This document shows positions 56,915-64,000 of a stretch of DNA of 64,000 nt, in pieces; the stretch's first letter is position 1, and each line of letters starts with the position of its first letter. Below the pieces are notes generated by a model. The model saw only the letters and a list, made by a program, of their open reading frames with translations, was not told the DNA's origin and ran no database searches. The stretch is from Octopus vulgaris (taxonomy: Eukaryota). The stretch spans positions 25,978,001-26,042,000 of the forward strand of contig OX597828.1 of NCBI GenBank assembly GCA_951406725.2. Reading direction: 5' to 3'. The translations under genes and the position numbers were made by a program.

Positions 56915-57115
56915 TACCCACATCCAACTGGATGGGATGCCAGTTCAACACGGAATTAACTTCCCAGATATTGCTGAAACAGCTGAATGGACTGAGGCCT
57001 CGCGAGATGAAGTGGTTGCTCAAGAACACAACACATCGCCCGATCCGGGCATCGAAACTACAATCTTACGACCGTGTGTACAAAGCCTTAACCACAAGAC
57101 CACTTGCCTTCACAT
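56915..57115 (-). mobile_element. tRNA-derived SINE related to family C
   Basis: gctcaagaacacaacacatcgcccgatccgggcatcgaaac...aaccacaagaccac...ccttcac. Confidence 0.7.
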
Positions 57116-57142
57116 TTAATCCAATCGGTTGCATAAATAAAC

Positions 57143-57181
<39 letters not shown>

Positions 57182-57555
57182 GAACAAGAACAAGGAGACG
57201 CAAAAACAAAACAAAAACAAAATGGCTGGCTCTGCAGGGTCTTCCATTTATGTAAATAAAAAGGAAGACAATTATCCAAAATCTTCAAACTCTTGGTCAT
57301 TTGTATTACTTTGTGGCACCCCTCATTACCTTCTGGATACCTCCGCCTCTCCTCTTCCTATTCCTGCCCCTTCTTCCCCTCCACCATTATCAGCAGTGTC
57401 CCCCTCCAATAACCCTTCTTCTTCTCTAACCCTCTCACCTTCCTCACACGAAATGCCAACAATTTCCTTAATCCTTTGCTCTGATAGTCCTTCGGAGACT
57501 AATGTGAATCATATCATGGCAGAGTATTTCAAACATAGGCGAGCACACTTACGTC

Positions 57556-57644
<89 letters not shown>

Positions 57645-58117
57645 ACACATAATGATCCTTTCGACCCCTGAATCAGCCCTTATTGTGTAAACACATCACA
57701 CGCACATATACATGCACACACATACACACGTATACACACACAAACACACACACACACACACAAACACAAACACACACAGACATAAATACATACACACACA
57801 TACAAGCATATATATCTATATATATACATATATATACATATGTATATATGTGTGTATATGTATGCAGTACATCCAAACATACACACACACAGACTTTTAT
57901 ACATACATGCATGTATGCCTAGTTGTGTATACATACATACACATGCATATATACAGACGTTTATCCTTGAGCAAAGGCGTACACATACATGCATAAGCGT
58001 ATACATTCACATGCACACACTACTATATATAAATACGCATATACATACATATATCCCCACACACACACTTGTACACATACATACGTATACACTCGGATAT
58101 ATATGTGTGTATGCATG

Positions 58118-58171
<54 letters not shown>

Positions 58172-58202
58172 CAGAGAGAGCGAGAGAGAAAGAGAGACAG
58201 AG

Positions 58203-58265
<63 letters not shown>

Positions 58266-58338
58266 CAGATAGATAGATAGATAGATAGAAAGATAGATAG
58301 AAAGATAGATAGATGGATGGATAGACAGACAGACAGAG

Positions 58339-58412
<74 letters not shown>

Positions 58413-59030
58413 GAGGAGATAATAGACACACACACATACACGCACACATATATTTGCGTGTATATATGTACATAAATACAGACATACATAGGCACTCATA
58501 CACACACGCACATATATATATATATATATATATTTGTATGTATATATGTACAAACATATTCATAAACTCACATGCACATACATACACACATACATACATA
58601 CATACATACATACATACATACATACATACACATACACACATACGTACACACACATACGTACAAACATACATACATGCATTCACACATCTATGCATAAACA
58701 CACACATATACACAAGTGTATATGCGTAAAGTATTTAGACAGAAAAACGTATCTTTGAACAAAGGCATATCTACACACAAGCACGCATGCATACCACACA
58801 CATAGGCATGCATACCACACACACATATATACACACATCTGAAAGACACGCAGCACGAACATACCGGCGCCACACACATATTTGTACACAAACACACACA
58901 CGCTTCTTTAAAAGCGAACGTATATATATATATAGCACACAGGTATATACACACGAGCACAAACACACAAACGCGCGCGTGCACACACACTCACTGTAAA
59001 GCATATATAGATTGTGGACATTCAGATGTG

Positions 59031-59080
<50 letters not shown>

Positions 59081-59359
59081 TACATACATACATACGCACA
59101 TACACACAAAGAGCTCCGAAATTCATATTTACCCCATTCACTGCAGTCTGAAACGCGTGCTGCATGTTGACATGCGCAGCACCCTATGGATGATCAGAAT
59201 AACATGTACAAGCGCAAGCGTGCATAAACATAGGCAGGCACATTTACCCGTATAGAGGTAGAGAGGCGTAGAAACACGGATGCATATATACAAGAAGAAT
59301 ATTTATATATATATTTGTTTTGCACGATTCTTGATGTGAAAACGTGTGTTGAAATAGAT

Positions 59360-59581
59360 GTTGTTGTATTTAGGAATGGTCATTTTCCCAGTTTAGCCAA
59401 TAAGAAGAAAGCAAAGGACCACTGATGAGGTCACAGAAGTGTGACGAAAGAACTCTGGCCGAAATAAGATTAAGATTAATGTAAAAAAATAAATAACGCT
59501 GAAGCAAATTAACACCAAATATATAGTGCGTGTGTTTTTATTGGCTAAACTGGCAAAATGACCATTCCTAAATACAACAAC
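59360..59581. repeat. 44-bp inverted repeat enclosing a hammerhead motif (PLE-type inversion)
   Basis: 59360-59403 versus 59538-59581, with one mismatch. Confidence 0.9.
59416..59460 (+). ncRNA. Minimal hammerhead ribozyme motif, canonical C3:G8
   Basis: GGACCA [CUGAUGA] G GUCACA-gaag-UGUGAC [GAA] AGAACU C UGGCC. Confidence 0.6.
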
Positions 59582-59779
59582 AATATTTATATACACACAC
59601 GTATATGAAAGTAAATCATGCACTCACACATACGTACACACACATACGCGTGCACACGGATGCACACATACTCTCACATACACATATACATATACACGTG
59701 TTCATACATACAGATGTGAGCAAGTAGCAAACTGACAATTTAGAAAAAAAAAAACCCAAGTAACAAAACATTGATGGTG

Positions 59780-60140
59780 GTTGTCTGTCAACTGGTGAAT
59801 GAGTTTGACCATCACTAACAAATTAGCCCAGACATTAATTAAAGACGGCAGCTGTCATCAATGGTTGTGCTGAATTTTAAAGTCAATAGCGCAGTTTGCA
59901 AGACACCTCAAAGACTCTCACCTATGAAGTCAATTAGTTCAGAACACAAACAAGAGCAAGATCTTCGGGTTACCCTAACGAGATGTCAAAACAAAGACTA
60001 GGATGTCTCTCACTGCCACCTGTTTGATGGAGTTTTTTCGTCCTGCAGGGTGTCTAACGAAAACCACCCTCCTTATCAAACAGGCTTTGTAGGGTTGCCG
60101 GTTTAGTCGACGACGGCCGTCAGTTCGTACTGCGTTACAT
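59780..60140 (-). mobile_element. Probable LINE (RTE-like) 5' UTR with a structured RNA element
   Basis: Structured segment at 60019-60084. Shares cgactaaacc and cagtgag..agtc.ttg with 46875-46920 (-). The family assignment is from memory. Confidence 0.4.
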
Positions 60141-60334
60141 GATCAAAATCGCATTAAGAGTAACCTGACATACATACATACATACATACATACATACATA
60201 CTATATACATACATACATACATACATACATACTATATACATACATACAAACATACATACATACATACTATATACATACATACATACATACATACATACAT
60301 ACATACATACATACATACATACATACATACATAC

Positions 60335-60830
60335 TTCGAAAATGAAAGAAAAGGCGGGTTAACAAGGGGCACCTGCCTCGGAACCTTCAGCTCCTATGCC
60401 CAGATAATAAATTCGCATTTATACCAAAAATAATTGCTACGCCTAGTTTTGTCGCTAATTACCTAAGCGACAATTGGGAAAGGGTGAGATTTTTACAAAA
60501 AGAAATCAACCAACTAACACGCAATTTACAAACATAATCTGTAAGCGGAACAGTAAAACTGTGCAAGACTTTCCTCAAGTTCAATATATGACTTTGGTTT
60601 TTATTATCTCCATTCCAGAAATGGAGTTTTGTATCTTTGCTTGAAACCAGCGTATCCCTTACAGGACGGCAACAAATAATTAAAACGTAAGAGATACATA
60701 CGTATATCGAAGAAGAAAGTATGTAGAGCCATCCGAGATGGTAACCCATTAAGTGTGATACAAGGGTGTAAGTATTTCAAGAATCAGGATGCAATGGAAA
60801 GTGTGTCATAAATGGAGATGAAAACTGTGA
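60335..60830 (+). mobile_element. R4-like REL LINE 3' end
   Basis: LRNLQLLCPDNKFAFIPKII...LTRNLQT*SVSGTVKLCKTFLKFN; same family as 61270-62110. Confidence 0.75.
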
Positions 60831-60880
60831 AACTAACAAAATATAAGACCAAATTAAAGGGTGACACCACCAAATATACC

Positions 60881-61093
60881 TATTTCTTTATTACCCACAA
60901 GGGGCTAAACATAGAGGGGACAAACAAAGACAGACTTAGGTATTAAGTCGATTACATCGACCCCCAGTGCAGAACTGGTACTTAATTTATCGACCCCGAA
61001 AGGATGAAAGGCAAAGTCAACCTCGGCGGAATTTGAACTCACAACGTAACAACAGACGAAATACCGCTAAGCATTTCATCCGGCGTGCTAACG
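60881..61093 (-). mobile_element. SINE family A, full length, TSD atatacc
   Basis: Reverse complement of the consensus; atatacc on both flanks. Confidence 0.9.
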
Positions 61094-61152
61094 TTTCTGC
61101 CAGCTCGCCGCCTTATATACCACAAAATACACCACCAAATATACACCACACA

Positions 61153-61194
<42 letters not shown>

Positions 61195-61269
61195 CATGTT
61201 TTTAATCACTTAAATTCTTCCTCTGAAGAAGGTGCTGGTTTTTAACAAAGATACAAAGCTCCATCATTG

Positions 61270-62110
61270 GAATGTATATAACGTAAACAATGTCACATTT
61301 TAAACCTGAGAAAAGTCTTGCATAGATTTACTGTTCCGCTTGCTGGTATAAATGTAAATTTGTAATCCGGATATAGAAGCTGGAAGTTTCGAAGCCGTTG
61401 TCCACAGTTATCCTCTTTCTCTTTGATTTTCAAAGAGATATTCACATCAACAGAACAGCTGACCTCTATGACGGTACATACTTTTCTTGATCGTCCCAAA
61501 CAACAATATCTGGCGTGTTGTTCTTACACTTGACAAATGTTCTGATGGGAACGTTCCACCAGTATTCTTTGTGCTGGGATCTGTGTACATATTCAATAAC
61601 AGGAGAATTCTCTCTATTTTTTCCGAATGGCATTGTATATTATTTTTGCGACAACATCATATCGCATAGGGACTTAGTACTTTGATGACACTTTTGGGCA
61701 GCTGCGGATCACATGTGTGATGTTGTCCTCAGAAATATGACATATTCTACATTTACGGTTGCATCTTCAAACTCCAAGTGTTTCACTCTCCCTTTTCTTT
61801 ATTAGGTATTTAGTAACAATCTCCTCCTATTCTTGGATTGTAAATGCATAACTTTCGACGGGTGGTGTGATGTAGCGGTCCCGAGGCCAAGAGAGGCTTC
61901 GCTTCGTGTCAATGTTACTATTTTCTTCTAACGGCGGTGTATCAGCATGGCCGCAGCCCTGAGCTGAAACTGGAGAGAGAAAAAAAAGTCTTCGGGGGAC
62001 ATACCCACGAATGATCTTTTTTTGGTATGCTGAGCGTTTCACCTCTAGGTCTTCTTTGAGGTATGCTAGTCCAGTTGATTTAAAGTTGTATGGGAGGGGG
62101 CATCAGGAAG
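61270..62110 (-). mobile_element. R4-like LINE relic (CCHC + REL)
   Basis: ESYAFTIQE..IVTKYL, CRICHISEDNITHVIRSCPK, DIVVWDD, VIEVSCSVDVNISLKIKEKEDN, RNFQLLYPDYKFTFIP, SGTVNLCKTFLRF. Confidence 0.8.
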
Positions 62111-62271
62111 GGAATTCTTCCAGAAGACCTCACTTCCGATACGTAGTATATGGTTTTCTTCACTTTTCAACTGTCGTCGTTTAGCAAATGCTGTCTGAGA
62201 AAGACTATGCGACATTCGAAGACTGTTTACACTGATCTCAAGCCCCTAACTCCTTTATCCCTTTTTTTTTT

Positions 62272-62788
62272 AGGGCGCTAAAATTAATGCATATTTAAGC
62301 AGCAAATAGCACCGAAAATACACGTGCTACATACTTATACATTATAATTTTCAAATCCACCGCGAAAGTCTGAGGATAACTACAAACATTTTTTATTTTT
62401 ATTCTCTTTGAAATTGCTCTTATTCCTGGTTTAGACTTTAACTGTCCTTTCTAGCATGTAAGATGTCTTGTCAAAGGTCACCTCTTTCGTGTATAAATAT
62501 GTAAATTGTCTATACACAATTATATATGAAAATATGTTGTCCATTGGCTTCATTACGCATGCTAGCAACCGGTATGAAATTTTTTCTAAATTTTCTACCC
62601 TTATTATTTTCGTAAAATATTCGTAGTTTCAAAGCCTTTGTGGTACGCAGTTTTAATTTGTTATTGTTATTTGCTGCCGCATGTAACTGCGCTTGCGTGG
62701 CGGATTTGAAAATTATAATGTATAAGTGTGTAGCACGGGTGTTTTCGGTGCTATTTGCTGCATAAATATGCATTAGATTTAGCGCCCT
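62272..62788. repeat. ~93-bp inverted repeat pair, plus a ~93-bp direct repeat (62368-62460, 62847-62941)
   Basis: agggcgctaaa...caaatccacc versus ggcggatttg...tttagcgccct; gtctgagg.taactacaaa...gcatgt occurs twice. Confidence 0.85.
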
Positions 62789-62942
62789 TGCTGAAGAAGT
62801 ACGGATGGCAAAATAATTTATTTTTCTCACTGATACAGAAACTCGAGTCTGAGGTTAACTACAAAAAATTTTTTTTATTTTCATTCCCTTTGAAATTGCT
62901 CTTATTCGTGGTTTGCTTTTTAAGTGTCCTTTCTCGCATGTC

Positions 62943-63556
62943 CTGTCTTAGTAAACTAATTTGGAAATTGAAGGATAGTAAGAAATTGTGGCTGTGTGGT
63001 AGGTAGCTTGCTTACCAACCACATGGTTCCGGGTTCAGTCCCACTGCATGGCATCTTGGGCAAGTGTCTTCTACTATAGCCTCGGGCTGACCAAAGCCTT
63101 GTGAGTGGATTTGGTAGACGGAAACTGAAAGAAGCCTGTCGTATATATATATATGTATGTGTGTGTATGTGTTTGTGTGTCTGTGTTTGTCCCCCTAGCA
63201 TTGCTTGACAACCAATGCTGGTGTATTTACGTCCCCGTCACTTAGCGGTTCGGCAAAAAGAGACCGATAGAATAAGTACTGGGCTTACAAAGAATAAGTC
63301 CCGGGGTCGAGTTGCTCGACTAAAGGCGGTGCTCCAGCATGGCCGCAGTCAACTGACTGAAACAAGTAAAAGAGTAAAATACATTGGAAAATACTTAGTC
63401 CTACTAGATCGTATAAAATTAAGGATGCTAGACGCAACTTGTCTATAGATGAATTATACCAGTTATTAACATCTAAGAAGAAATTGCTTAATGTAAGACC
63501 TGAGAGTGGTCTATCTTGTACACACTATTCTAAATATGTGTTTTGAAAATTTTAAT
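62943..63556 (+). mobile_element. Penelope-like GIY-YIG C-terminus interrupted by a SINE
   Basis: LSKLIWKLKDSKKL, SINE, then IHWKILSPTRSYKIKDARRNLSIDELYQLLTSKKKLLN. Homologous to 15935-16340. Confidence 0.85.
62988..63376 (+). mobile_element. SINE family B, near full length
   Basis: tRNA-like head gtggctgtgtggtaggtagc...gggttcagtccc, internal AT/GT microsatellite, tail gactgaaacaagtaaaagagta. Confidence 0.92.
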
Positions 63557-63847
63557 GTATCTATATTTGTACTTGTACGTACGTTTTTGAATATGTGAAT
63601 ATATATACATATATGTATATATATGTGTATATGTATATATAAATATATGTATGTATGCATGTATGTATGTATGTATGTATGTATGTATGTACGTATATAT
63701 GTATGTATGTGTGTATGTATGTGTGTATATATATGTATATACACATATATGTATATGTGTTTGACCCTTCTGTCCGGCACTAGTCGCCATGATCGATCGT
63801 TAGCCACTACACACATCTTTTTTCTCTCCTTGTTTTTTGTGTGTCCC

Positions 63848-63881
63848 TTTCTGTAGAAAAGCGTAGGCTCGAAACGTAAAA
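63848..63881 (+). ncRNA. Hammerhead-like motif with A6>U core change
   Basis: UUU [CUGUAGA] A AAGC-guag-GCUC [GAA] ACGU A AAA, in a T-rich island between AT repeats. Confidence 0.45.
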
Positions 63882-64000
63882 TACTTTTTCTATTCCTGAG
63901 CGTTGTACTAATACATTTGTTTGTTTTGTACACCACCCGTCTTCGTCTTTTGTTTTTTTTTCGTAAACTCTCCCTATATATATATATATATATATATATA

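Overview
This is an AT-rich, microsatellite-saturated eukaryotic window. Its SINE/LINE repertoire and simple-repeat density look like an octopus (coleoid cephalopod) intron or intergenic region; the taxon is an inference. I found no intact protein-coding gene, rRNA, true tRNA or CRISPR array, and almost all ORF-track entries are translations of (AT)n, (CA)n, (TACA)n, (TATC)n or trinucleotide repeats. Supportable content: (1) many copies of about four tRNA-derived SINE families (my labels A-D), several with target-site duplications (TSDs); (2) decayed LINE fragments of RTE, CR1, Tx1/L1 and R4/Dong type; (3) Penelope-like (PLE) RT and GIY-YIG relics; (4) a hAT transposase relic and a hAT-like MITE; (5) local duplications, including a 608-bp tandem repeat and a ~395-bp inverted pair 5.6 kb apart. 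The most interesting signal is a set of minimal type-I hammerhead ribozyme motifs in short islands between (AT)n tracts. Their core 3:8 pair co-varies (C3:G8, G3:C8, U3:A8). There is also a stem-enclosed pseudoknot in a probable LINE 5' end. All calls are by eye, family names are from memory, and boundaries are approximate.
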